DNA of 64,000 nt, from the NCBI GenBank assembly GCA_964057225.1, contig OZ059894.1, forward strand, positions 16,678,001-16,742,000, written 5' to 3'. The notes under the pieces were generated by a model. It was not told the origin of the DNA, did not search any database, and worked only from the letters and a program-made list of their open reading frames with translations. Of this stretch, positions 13,781-26,833 are shown one piece after another. The position numbers and the translations under genes were made by a program. This stretch comes from Auanema rhodensis. Taxonomy: Eukaryota; Animalia; Nematoda. Position 1 is the stretch's first letter; each line of letters begins with the position of its first letter.

Positions 13781-15630
13781 TTAGATCTTTCCAACTACAA
13801 GAGCTGAAACCACATGTCCAGCAGGGAGTTCAGGTTGAGCTGCTGTCGCAGAGGGTAACACTAACAACAAGTTAGAGCCCAAAACACTCATTAATCTAAG
13901 GAAATATTAATAATTTTCTAAAAGAAGAAATTATTACCTTGATGAGCGTTGAAAGCCTGTTGTAACAGCCAAAGGCATACCATTACTGGGAACTAATTTA
14001 GCTCTTCTGTATTCGGGTCTTTTATCTAGCTTGATATTTTCAGCCAACTGAAAAAAAAAAGAAATTATATGAAGGCAACTACTCTTAAAAACCTCAACAC
14101 GAATTTCGGTGTGATGAATAGCTCCATGACCTCCAACCTTACGCAAAAATGGAATTGCAAATAGTAGAGAGCATACCCAGCTTGATACAGGATTACCTTA
14201 ATAAGACCAAATTAAAAGAAAAACAAATACAAATGCAGTACCTGGGACAGCAAAAACCACCTTCTTCTCTTCATTATACATTCCGGTTGCAAATGTAGCA
14301 GGAAGTCCTGGCTTCATCATGACTCTACCAAAATGGACCTTGAATATATACATCACTAGATAAATTACAATAAATTGATTAATACTTTGAAATTGAAACA
14401 TTCTTGCAGGACAGATTTCAAGAGATCTTTTTCACCCATACTTACACTACCAGAAGTTACCAATACTGGAGCACATTTCAAAGCAGTTTCAATTGCTTCA
14501 ATAAGATGCTCACGGCTTGAACAAAAAAAAATTTAAAAATGAATAAATGAAAAAAATTTACCTATCACGAGCAATTCCGGCATCAATCTGCTTAAAACCG
14601 AATGTTTGAAAGAGAGCCAATAGCTGAGGTCTGTTGGTATCGATAATCTGGCCTTCTCTAAGCTCGTCATAATCATCATTAGAGTCAACCAGCTATAATG
14701 ATAAGACAAAAATTAAGAAAAATAAAATTCAGAATCAACCTCATTTCCTGTACTCATTACACAAACTTTTGGCTTTCTGTAAATTGGGATGGCTCGGTGT
14801 CCGCTTCCAATCAAAATTCCTATTTCTGCAGGTCCAAGGACACAGCCCTTTTCCAGCAGAACTTCACCAGCAGCAACATCACTTCCTGGCTCTCTGAAGG
14901 GATAACCAACTTTTAAAAAAAGCTTCTAGAAACAATATAACCTAATATTATGTCCCACAGGTACAGAAGCGCATATTTCAACCTCGGTTTCTTCAACACC
15001 CTAAAGCAAAATGAATCAAACTAAATTTTGGATGAACTGGTTACATTATGTTTAATTAAGCGAGTCTCTTCAACCATAACTACAGCATCAGCCCCAGCAG
15101 GTAGAGTAGCACCTTAATCAGAATTACATTGAAAACCAGACAAGTTGGATATCTGACCTGTGCTTACACGGACACATTGATTACTCTGCACGATTCCAGT
15201 AAAAGGTTGTCCAGCAGTAGAGGATCCAATCATCATACGGACGCCAGCACCATCGGTTGCTATAGATAGAGCATTAGTGAAAATTGGTAGTAACGAAACC
15301 CGTTACCTATAACGGCATAACCATCCATAATTGAAGTTCTATTCTTTGGAAGATTTGCTTTAGCGTGCACAGTAGTAGCTAAGATTTTCCCTACAAATCT
15401 CCATAATATTGCTAAAATCATCATTACGAAATCACCTGGTTGAAGAGAAACGACTGGAACCATTTTCCACCATGGTTCGTATGCTTCTTCGAGGACAGTA
15501 TTTACTGCCTCTCCCATAGTTATGGCAGGCCATTGGCTGATTCGAGCTCTCGATATAACAGAAGACTGGATAGGCTAAAAAAACACATGTTCAAAATAAC
15601 ATCTCTTTTAAATACTTGGCTATCGCTCAT
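13781..15630 (-). CDS. moc-1: Molybdopterin molybdenumtransferase (gephyrin E-domain/MoeA), about 13 exons
   Basis: Spliced product MSDSQ-PIQSSVISRARISQWPAITM..GKILA..RTSIMDGYAV..STGATLPAGADAVVMVE..NIREPGSD..VMSTGNEL..DTNRPQL..TSGSVSMGEKD..MKPGLP..PGNPVS..RPEYRRA..GFQRSSRLMS..LVVGKI*. E-domain only, as in nematodes. The intact STGNEL, MKPG and PGNPVS motifs favour moc-1 over the degenerate paralogue lin-46. Confidence 0.92.
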
Positions 15631-15760
15631 GATGTGCAACTCGACCTACTGCTAAGCAGTGGCTTCTCCGATACAATTCTTGGTTAAATTCCCTAAAGAT
15701 AGGAAAAAAAATTAATGATAAAAGCAAAATACAATTATATTCATAAATAAACAAAAACAT

Positions 15761-15864
15761 TTCGTTCAAGCCCGAAGCCTGATCGAGCGCGGGTTTCCGA
15801 ATTACCAACTAGTACGCAGTGGCACGAAGAGTATTTGAACGCGCTACTACGACATCTTGCGTAT
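15761..15864. promoter_or_regulatory. CpG-rich two-hairpin island upstream of the moc-1 acceptor (promoter or structured RNA)
   Basis: About 105 nt GC-rich block in AT-rich DNA with inverted repeats AAGCCCG/CGGGTTT and GTACGCAG/TTGCGTAT; contains AGCGCGGG. Confidence 0.45.
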
Positions 15865-16686
15865 GCTGTTTAATTTTAATTTTTTAAATAAAAAATTTTA
15901 ATAAATGAAATAAATTTGATATTTAGAATATTTTTCATTATAATGACAAAGGTATAAAATTTACCTTGTCCAAGGGGAAAAAAAGAACACCGTTCTTAGT
16001 TGTGTTTATGAAAAAAATTGAAATGCTTATCTTATCATTTTATTTATCAAAATCTTGTCATAACACCGCTATTATTTTTCTAAATTAAATAGGAAACAGT
16101 TTATCGGAAATAAACGGAAAATTTTAAGTCTTTTGAGATAATCGAACTCGAAATATGATATGAATTTTGAGCGGAAATGACTACAATTTAATATTATCAT
16201 ACGGATACTAATCCTCGTAAATCACTAAAGTTGGAGCAATTCAAAATGTTAAACTATAGTCTTTAAAAAATGCGAAATTCGTTATGGTAAAGTGTATGGA
16301 TGAAATGAACGATTTGGCCTTGCTAGATCAGTAAGCGAAGTGAACGAATTAGTTCCACATCTGCTATATATGTTACTGGTGGCTACATTAACTTTGCCAT
16401 CCCAGCTAAAAAATGTTTAAAATTCCTACCACTCACCGCTACCTGTGTCACTTTAAGAAAACGACAGAATTATATTTATATTCAGTTATAAACAAAGTAA
16501 TATTGTGGAACGTTGTAATTTGAAAGAAAAGATAACAGGAATCATTAAAGCTATTCATATCGTGTTTGAATTATTATATTGGCTTGGTTGGAATGCTAGC
16601 TTTATTTGATTTAAATTCAAGTGAATACGATATAATCATTGATAATTAATTTATTAAAAAACACAATAATTCATTTATAATAAAAT

Positions 16687-17100
16687 TTAAACAATATCCG
16701 CATTTTTTGGTGTCATTCCCACAACGGTATCAATAGGTTCAGCAAATGGCTCTGGATCAGGTAAGTAATTGATGTAGTCCTCTAATAATGGATCACTTTC
16801 AGTATCTGAAATAGAAAAAAGTTTTTCAAGCATTATGTGAAATGTATTTGAAAGCTATAAGAAAGACTAATTATATAAATTAAATTAACTTTTAAAGTAA
16901 TATATATAAAAAGAAATATAATGAAACTATGTAGTTTCAATATATTCAGAAACAAAAAAAAACTGACCACATTGCCACCAACAATTATGAGATATTGTAA
17001 TAAGAACTACAGCAATCAAACCAATAGCTAAGACGAAAAGAGCCAAGACGGCAAAGGCAAAGCCGAGGGCCGCATGCTCAACAAATTCCGAAGTAACCAT
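16687..17100 (-). CDS. Small single-pass membrane protein (~83 aa), 2 exons
   Basis: Acceptor TTTTCAG just upstream, exon 17100-16968, GT-AG intron 16967-16806 ending ATTTCAG, exon 16805-16687. Product MVTSEFVEHAALGFAFAVLALFVLAIGLIAVVLITISHNCWWQCDTESDPLLEDYINYLPDPEPFAEPIDTVVGMTPKNADIV*. Both exons are GC-elevated relative to the flanks and the frame is kept across the intron. An upstream exon cannot be excluded. Confidence 0.78.
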
Positions 17101-20100
17101 CTTGCATCTGAAAAAAGTAAAATGAACTATAGTCTATAATTATATTTTTTTTGTCCCATTTAATGAAGTAATGATGAACATTAATAAGGAAAGGAAATAA
17201 ATAGAAAAAATCTAAAAAATTATGAGGAAAAGCTAATAACAGAACTTCCTCTCTTCATACGCATACATGCATATCCGAATATCACTTACTCGAATTAAAT
17301 GGAATCTAGAACGGAATATAACATAGGATAGAGATTCAAACAATAGCTTTTTCCTGAATTTGAATCTGAGATTAAGGATTTTGAATACTATCACAGACGT
17401 TGTATATTTGAAAAAAAAAACAAAGAACAAATTCTGTTTTACCAGATTACAATTGAAATATTTCATATTGAATTTGATTTCAAAAAAATTTCAATAATTG
17501 TTTTTTTTTCCGGACAAAAACAAACAAACTGATTGAAAAATGCTTGAATTCTATAGTGAAGATCATTCGTTCTGTCATACTAGAGACATCAAATTAATGA
17601 AAAGGTCCAAGTGTGATCGTTTGTTCGACACTAAAGTTAACTGAATGATTAAAAATTTGAAAAAGATTAAACTTCAAAAAGGTCAGTCTAATCTGAAAGA
17701 CAGAATAGAAACTATTATTTTTCAGAATATACTATATATGTACATGCATTTCACATTTTGAACCAAGAGATTCAACAGACTATTGTCAGCAAAGACAACA
17801 AGAAATGATTTTTTTTTGAGAAAATTTGGAGAAAAAAAAATATTTGCTTAGCATGATGATGAATTTTATGTATAAAAGAGCATGATCTTGAAGACATATA
17901 CTTAAAGAGATCAAGACTAAAAAATATATTTTTCTATGTGTGTTTGTATAGAAATAGTAAAGAAAGAAGTTATAATAAAAATATAAAAAGTAAAATAAAT
18001 TTTTATAATCAAAAATATATAAATCTCTATATATTCTATTTAAGAAATGAGTACATTCAGATGTGTTCAATGAAAAATTATATTTGTACTATCTAACAGT
18101 AGCTAAACTTTTCTTGGAGAAGTTCTATCAGATATCAAACATTCGAAGATAAAATTGAAGTATTCAGAAGCCAACAAAATTCAAATTTGTTCAAACATCA
18201 GAAAGAAAATCAAAAACTTGTTAACTCTACCGTAAAATATCTTCTATATTGTATAAGATTATCAATATTTTTAATTGTTAATAATGAAGACATTACAATG
18301 CAAATAGAGCTCGAATTTCAAATATTTTTCTCTGAAACAAACGTGAAAATAAAAGAAAAATATGAAATTAGAAGCATCATTTTATTCATGTATACTAGAT
18401 GTCTCAATACAGAACAGTATAATGGATATAATACATATGAATAAAATATTTTTTTATTAAAATTACTAAATTCTATATGAACTTCTTTTCATATAGTTAT
18501 AGTCATCAGCAAAATAAATTTGTTTATATGAAATCTGAAGAAAGTAAGTTCAATCTCAAGCTGAGATGATCAAAAAACGTTTAATGAGCATAGTCATTTG
18601 AATTCATAATATAGTTTCAAAATCTGATTAATAATTTTTTGCGAGTAGTTCGTAAATTGGAGAGACCATGTTTGAGTCAAGTGTCTCGAAATGAAATTTA
18701 AGCTTCTTCCAAGAAATGAATCTAAATTTATAAAATAAATTAGAAAACTGGGAAACCAGGAAGAAAAAGTGTTCTTTTTGATTTCTTTAGTAGTTTTTTT
18801 TTTTTGACAAAAATCTTAAGAAAACGTTTGCAAATTGTTTGTAAAGTTGTATAATTTCATTTCAAAAGAATTTTTAAGTCAAAAATACTATGTTATGCTG
18901 TAACTTAATACAACTTTTAATTGAATTGAAGAAAAAAAGTAAGAGAAGAGATCATAAGTTAAAGATTTAAAAACCGAAGTAAAATAAAAAAAAGTAAGTT
19001 TAAATATGTGTTACTGTAAGTATATCAGAATTATTTAAAGTGTGTTGCTAAAATTTTAATTATTTTTTCATGTTCGAGCATAACATGATAAATTTCAAAT
19101 TGTAATTAATAGTAAAAAATGATAATAATAATATATCACCATGAAGTTAACAGGTATTATTGAAATTTGAACAGTAATATGTATATATGTACATATATGC
19201 ATGTTAATATAAGCATAATATATTGGAATGTTTTCTTTTTTTTCATAAAAAAAAAGAAAATTCATATAGATTCATACATATATATATATATTCTTATACA
19301 ACTTTTATATTTAATGTTCATAAATACCTAAAAATGATCAACTGTTCTTGCTCGTTGACATACGGAAAATGAGATGAGTTTGAATTTATGCGCAAAAGAC
19401 GCTTGCATGAAAAATATATTGAAGAAAATAGAAATATTTACCAAAGTATGTGTCAACTATATTAGTTTGAAGAAAAAAAAAAGAAGAATATGAGAAGAGG
19501 TTGTATACGAAATGAAAAAAATGTATCTAATATGAATCAATCTTTCCTTCTTTCAACTGCTAAAAGATCATGACAATGACAATCATTTTAGACATGAGGA
19601 TTAGAGAAAATGCTGAGAGAGCCAGGCTTAACTATTTCGTTGTTGTCAGTTCGCTGACGCTTAGTTTGGTTCTTTTCTTCATTCTCCTGTTTACATGATC
19701 TTTTTTTCTATTTTGAATTTATTTTTTCTTGTTTAGTAAAAAAGTTTGGATCAGTATTTTCAGATTAAAAATAGACGAAATAAGCTCATGGAGGAAGTAT
19801 GAAGTTCATTACAATGCATCACGAAATATTCAGAAGCTACTAAATATTTTTCAGAAAAAGATAGATTAACTAGGATTTGATTTTAAACTGTTGCACAAAA
19901 TTTCAAATTGCCCTTACTGGAAGTTTATAAACATTTGTCTTATATCTTGGGTAATTTGAATGTTATGTCTATCTTTTGGAAGAAAAAAAAGGAATAAATC
20001 CTCTTTTTTGCTCTTTTTCCTATAAAAAATCTTCAAACAAACGACAAGTGACAAGTAAAAACGACATTGATGTATCATTAGTAGTGTCTTCTTTCATTAT

Positions 20101-23100
20101 AATAATGTTTTTTACAAACTTTTAACATTCAAAGACACATGAAGAATAATATAGTTAAGAAACAAAAAACTGGAAACATGTTTAGGTATCTATATACTAT
20201 ACTAGAATTTACTAGAATATACTAAATGCATATACATATATGTGTATGTATGTAAAATTACAAAAAAAGAAAAACTATTAAAAGATTTTCGCAATAAATT
20301 GTTTAATTTTCTCTTCTTTTCCAACAATTTTGGTTGTTTTTGTTTAGTAATATAAACAAAAATATGTTAAATATAATCAAGAAAATTATGTAATTATCAA
20401 AAAAATATTGGAACAAAATATTTACAAAAATTTCTAAAAAATTACCAAAACATTAATAATATTAAATGTGATCATACATTCATTTTAATTTTTAAATATT
20501 TCATAAAAAATGAAAACAAATTAGAATTAGATTCATCAAACAAGATGCTATGTCCGAAGTTAACACTCGAAGATGGAATGATAGAATAGATAGCCGAAGA
20601 GATCGTGTGGCGAGTGACGAGGGAGGGTGGGTGGCAACAACAAAACTGAGCAAAAGTCAAAATTTATTTGTTTGTTCCGTTATCTATCGTAATCATTAAT
20701 GCATAGAAAGTCTTTTTTCTGAAAGTACTCACAACATTTCTGCTAAATATAAACGATATTCAGTGCATTTAAGCTAAAGAAATTACGCAGTTAAATGAAT
20801 AAATTAAAATATTTTTGTTTGTCAATGCATTATGTAATAAAATAATATTAAAATAGAAGGAAAAAACAAGAGATAAGAGACCAACATCAAAGCCACAGGA
20901 AATTGATGAGCAATTTCAATATAAACTAATTTTAAATATAGTTAATTTAGCAATGAATAAATGTATAAGATATTAAGATATAGAGAGATAAATCGGTGAT
21001 GGAATTTCAAATTATTCAGAATCAAGCTTTAACAATTCCAAATATATATATATATACTTCAATATAAATATTATCACTTGTTAAAATAGCTAAAGTCTCA
21101 TATAGCATCGTTCACATCAGTTGACTAGATAGTTTGAAATTTGATAGTTAGTCTTATTATAATAAAAATAATATACATATAGTATATACATATAATTCAT
21201 GAAAAGTTTCTATTTAAAGAGGTATATATACAAGAAAAATAGATGTAATTATATAAAATGAGAAAAAAAAAGAATAATATAATGAAACATGATATCATTA
21301 AGAATAATATTTCATATTAAAAGTTTCAAAATTATATCATTATATAATAAAATTGAATATAATTGATTAATACTTGGAGAAAAAAAAAGAAATTGTGATT
21401 AAGCTCTGGAATAAGAATGCAACCGTCTAATCAACATCTCAAAGTTAAAATGAGAAATGTCTTTTTCTCTCTGTCTCATTTCTCAAGAAAAATTTTGCAT
21501 AGGAGATCTTAGTTGCTGTTCTACCAACCAAATGGCATAAGCTTCTTTTTTTTACAGCTTTTAGTATGGGTTACTTATGCCAAAATGCTCTAACAATATA
21601 TGAGTGTATATGTATATAGATGTCTTGCATCTCTTCTCAGCTTTAATTCATCGATCCTATTCGGGAAAACAATAGAAAATGATGAAGAATTTTGAAGAAC
21701 GGAAATTAGAAGATTCAACACTAGAATACCAATCAACGTTTAACTTTAGTGGTCAAGTGAATAAGATTTAAATATCAACGCGCATTTCTTATTTCATGTA
21801 AAACTATAAGCAACATATGTTGCAATTTCACAAAAAGGTTTCGTTTTCTCAAATTCTCATGATATTTCAAGTTCCACTTGTTTGTGAAAGAAAAAGTTTG
21901 AAAACAAAAATTTGCTTAAAAAACTAACTAAGTTCTCTTGTTCACAATTGGTTGTGTTGACGAGAATGAAATTGTAGCACATTTCAGATCGTGATAGGGT
22001 CCCTGCTGAACATTTTAATTGTTTAAACTTCACATTATATCTCTTTTGATTTAAAAAAAAGATTCGAAAATATTCTTTTCTACTGGAAAAAAAAACTTTT
22101 TCATTTTTCTTAAGTTATTTCAGCTTTATTTTTCTAGAAGAGGAAATGGAAAAACAAAAAAAACTTCGAACTATGTGGGTATATCGGTGGCGAAAAGCTT
22201 TCGAGATAAAGTAGACACTTGTGACAAAAGTTCAAAAAAAGTTTTATAACAGATAAAACTGTCTTAAAAGGATGGAAATTGAAACAATTAAAAAAACAAT
22301 TACATTTAAATAAAAATAAATATTATACAAAACCTTTTTTCTCTTTTTCGCTCAATTTAATCTGAACATTTTGAGTTATATAGAATCATTTCAATTTGCT
22401 TTATTAATAGAAAATAATAATAATAAATTAATATAAAATAGTATAATATTAATATTTTTTTTCTTTTAAATCTTCAACCACATATGGTATATATCAGATT
22501 TATCTGATCAAAACTTTTAGAGAGAAGTCATATCAAACTTTTCATAATACTTTTTCAAAATATTATGAGAAAATAATAATTTGTGAATCAAGAAACTTCT
22601 ACAATACTCTTAATGAAAAAGAGATAGACATGTTTCTTTTCATTTTCACGTGCTAAAGATCTTATTTTTTTCTCCAATTTTATGATATTTAATGCATGTT
22701 TCTTCACTAATATTACTTGAATTTGTATTTGTATATGAGGCTGTTACATTTATAAAAAACTTTTCATTCTGTATGAACTTTAAAGTCATTCATCTCAAAT
22801 AAAACTTCTTTTTTCTTCAATTCACTTTGGAATGTGACATCAATACTCAGATTAAATGTATTTTCATTAACTTTAAACAAAGAGAATATACATATGAATC
22901 TATATGTAATCTGAATATTAGTAGAAGATGAAAGACCTTCACTAATTGATATATGTCAGTTATGTTAAATGTTCTCAATGTAACCTTCAACTTAAAAAGA
23001 AATCATAAATATCAAATTTTAGTCTCAGTGGCAGTAAAATTTTATGAATTCCCATTTATAAAATAGATATTTTGACCTTATTTTGAAGAAACTATAACAA

Positions 23101-23262
23101 ATAATATATGCATGTATAGTATATGTATGTAAGTAAGTAGGAGAGAACGAATGAGGACGATTCCAAACGATGTAGGAGGAGCGGAACAATAGTTTTCAGT
23201 AAATTCAGATTCCACTGAGAATTAGTGTTCACTTCAAATTTAAAAAGAAAAAGTTTATCATC

Positions 23263-25005
23263 ATGAAATCTTATATAAGTATTCTGAATATTCTATCAAT
23301 TGTTTGTGGAGTATTAACTATTTCTGGGTGTATTATGTCATTTGTTTTTGTACAAAGTTTTCTTGGTGATATTCATGATGATATAACATTTATTAATAAT
23401 AATTTCAAGGTACTTATATATATATATATCGTTTATATTTCATTTCTAACTTATCTATTCAGGATAAATCTGAGGAAATCTGGCGATCATTGCGTGAAAT
23501 CAATGTAAATCCAGGAACTCTTCGTAATCGACGTCAGGTATTTCAGATTTTATAGAAAAAGATATTCACAATATGGAGGGCTTATTTCGAAAATAATTTC
23601 TAGGCAATACAACATATGATCGGATATCCGCTCTCGACGTCAACTGCAATTGGTTATAGTCATTTCCCTGCCACAGTTGATAGCAGAAAGAAGGATATTC
23701 GTCGTCGTCCATCAAAAAAAGTAAAAACGACATCTGAAGTAAGGCTATGAAATGGTGTTGAAACAATGTGAATGGGATATGTTCTTTAGCAGAATTTGAA
23801 AGTAGGCAGTCAACGAATAAATGAGATTTTCTATGATACTTCGACTGTTCAAAGTCAAACATATGCATATAGTGTACCAGATCCAATTGTTCCACAATAT
23901 GCTTCGATGTAATTTCTATTATTTGGAATATTATAAGAAAATTATATTATCATAGATATGATAATGATGGTTCATCTTCATATGTTTCATCCTATGATAC
24001 ATCTACTACACCAACTACTCCTTCTTTTATACCTTATTCTTCTTTTGAATCTGCTGCTGCTGATGAAAATACATCTGATGTGGAATTTAAGGAAGAAAAA
24101 TGGAAACCAATTTGTAGTATGTTAGATGTATGTTCATGATTAATAATGAACGGCTTTAGAATGTCCAACAGAGAATAAATGCCCAGCAGGACCACCAGGT
24201 CCAAAAGGAATTGATGGAATCCCAGGAGAACATGGAGAGGATGGTGCACCTGGACAGAAGGCTTTAGTACAATATTTGTTATTTTCATTGAATATCGATC
24301 TATTTCTGAATAGGATATGGATGACACAATGATTATGATTCCTTTAATATCACATTGCATTACATGTCCTCAAGGTGAAGTTGGCCCACCAGGTGCAGAA
24401 GGAAAGAGAGGTTGGACACAAGCACACTATGATCTCAACCTGACATTGCAGGACAGCGTGGACTTCGAGGAGCCCGAGGTGCAGATGGTGGAGCTGGCAG
24501 AGATGGAACACCAGGATTTCCAGGTATTCATATATAAAATATATTTATCTCTAAAGGTGAGTAGGACTTCATGGGCCTGAGGGAACTCCAGGTGAAGATG
24601 GAGAAGCTGGTCCAGTAGGTGTATCGGGAATGCATGGTATAGCTGGAAGTGGATTGCCTGGAGCGAAAGTAAATCAGAAAAAACAAAAAACATTTATACA
24701 AAATATATCGTAGGGTACGCCTGGACTTGAAGGTGAACCTGGACCTATTGGTAGCAATGGATCAGACGGCGTTAATGGGTTAATGGGGCCTCCAGGTCCG
24801 AGAGGAAGCCAAGGAACTCCTGGAGCTCACGGTGCTTTAGGTGAAGTTGGTGAGGGTGGAATAGAAGGTGAAGCAGGTAACTAACAGTAAAAATAGTTAC
24901 AAAGTTCTAAAACTTCGAAATTAAGGTGAAGATGCTGAATATTGTCCTTGTCCTCGTGTACGTCATGACTACTCAATGATAGCAAACCGTTTGCTAAAAC
25001 TATAA
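23263..25005 (+). CDS. Nematode cuticle collagen, ROL-6/SQT-1-like cysteine pattern, 11 exons
   Basis: N-terminal TM/Col_cuticle_N segment, furin site RNRR, CKCPTENKCPAGPPG, HCITCPQG, interrupted Gly-X-Y blocks, and C-terminal GEDAEYCPCP; stop TAA at 25003-25005. Confidence 0.95.
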
Positions 25006-26773
25006 ATATCCATTCCCCCCTTTAGTGAATTTCTTTCTGCAAAATTTTACTAAATATAGAAAATGGAATAGCCATGTATAAAACATATTTTGAACTTAAC
25101 TATACATATTATATTCCTGTATAGTTCCATTGACCATTAAGATTATTAAATGATAGATTTTGCAGAATGTTCTGAACATATAGATCTGAATAAAATCATT
25201 TTCACATCAAAAAGAAGCATAATTTGAACTAGTTCCTATTGATAAATAATTCTAAGTCAAATATAGAAAGCATTTAGTTATAATTTATTTAATACAAAAC
25301 ATCATAATTCATAATAAAAATGAATTTAAATGTCATTTAATAAATACTTCATTTTGATTAAATCAAATTGCTTATATATATATGTATAAAACTCATCGTA
25401 TAATAGAACAAAAGTTATTTTTTTATTAAGAAAGTGTAGTTTATAAATAAAATTAATTTCTGACATATGATACATCTTGAGAAATTATAAAAATTGATTT
25501 AGAGTTCGCAATATACTGTTTTCAACATATCTGGTAAATTTGATATAATCCTATATGAGTTTCTTTCAAGAAAATTGAATTTTCCGACCAAATATCTTTT
25601 TTTTATTCTTTTACATAGGTTTACCTAATATGCATAAGGTAACCAACATTGAAAACAATAAACGTTATCTGAAAAGAAAGTTTGCATAATGAACGAAACA
25701 ACCGGTAAATGCATAATGCAAAATATAAATAACACTGAATTCTCCTAAAAAGAAAATTCACGTTAGTTCCAATTGTATTGTTCAATTTACGTTAGAAATA
25801 GTCTTGAACAGAATATTTTTAAACAAAAAAATGACAAAGTCATTCAGATTGTGTTGAAACAAACCAGAGACTAACATATAGTTTATTTCTTTGGAAACAA
25901 AGCACTTTTATTTTGCTTAAATAGTTGAAAATATGTAAACTTGATATGTAAATCTGAGATCATACTTCTCAAAGCTTTCCAAACTTAGAAAATTTGATTT
26001 CTTCAATGAAAGTATTTTACAGTAATGAATTCTATTAGCAGCTCTTCAAAAGTTTTCTGAGATCACTGAAGTTTATTTGGAAACTCTCTTAAACATAGCA
26101 GATGAATGGATTAAGCATTTCAGAAAGTGAACTACATGAATAAGAACATTTCTTCAACAACATTCGCTTCAAAATGTTTCAAATATCAAAGTTTTTTTTA
26201 TCAATTTTCATGAAATTTTAAAATAAATTTTTTGTCGCATGTGGCATATAAACCTTTATTTCAAGTAGATTATTATATTGAATTAGAACACTTATGATGT
26301 TAATCATGTCCTCGAAAGCAAGCTCCCATTATCTTATCAAAAATAAAAAAAACAATTGTTTCTTCAAGCTGTTACATCTCAATGATTCCAACAAACATGC
26401 TTTTTATCTTATTTTCGATTTTTAAATATGTTGTAGAGTTTAGATCAAAATAGAAAGGTGAGTTCATTTTTCATCCTCACTGTCTTTAATTATTTTGAAG
26501 AAAAAATATATCAAATTAATGTTTAATAGTTGAAAAAATGAATCGAAAACCATTGAGCATAAAAAATAAAAAAAATAGTGAAACATGTAGATATATAGAG
26601 ATAGAGGTGTAATGAAACAATATCAAGTTTGAATGAAGACTATAAGTGAGTTTTGTTTATTACAAACGACATATGTAAGATTGATCTAATTATTTCTTAT
26701 ATGTATGTATATCTATATTAAATATTTTTATTAAAATTATTATTTTTCTTATTCTCTCTCTATCTTTCTTTCT

Positions 26774-26778
<5 letters not shown>

Positions 26779-26830
<52 letters not shown>
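26779..26830 (+). repeat. (CT)n microsatellite
   Basis: Perfect dinucleotide run of about 50 nt. Confidence 0.95.

Positions 26831-26833
<3 letters not shown>

Noticed and set aside
24524-24564. Apparent in-frame TAG or frameshift in the collagen if the AAAG acceptor at 24556 is used
   Set aside because: The GAGTAG acceptor at 24564 gives a normal 41-nt intron and keeps the Gly-X-Y register, so no readthrough or pseudogene needs to be invoked.
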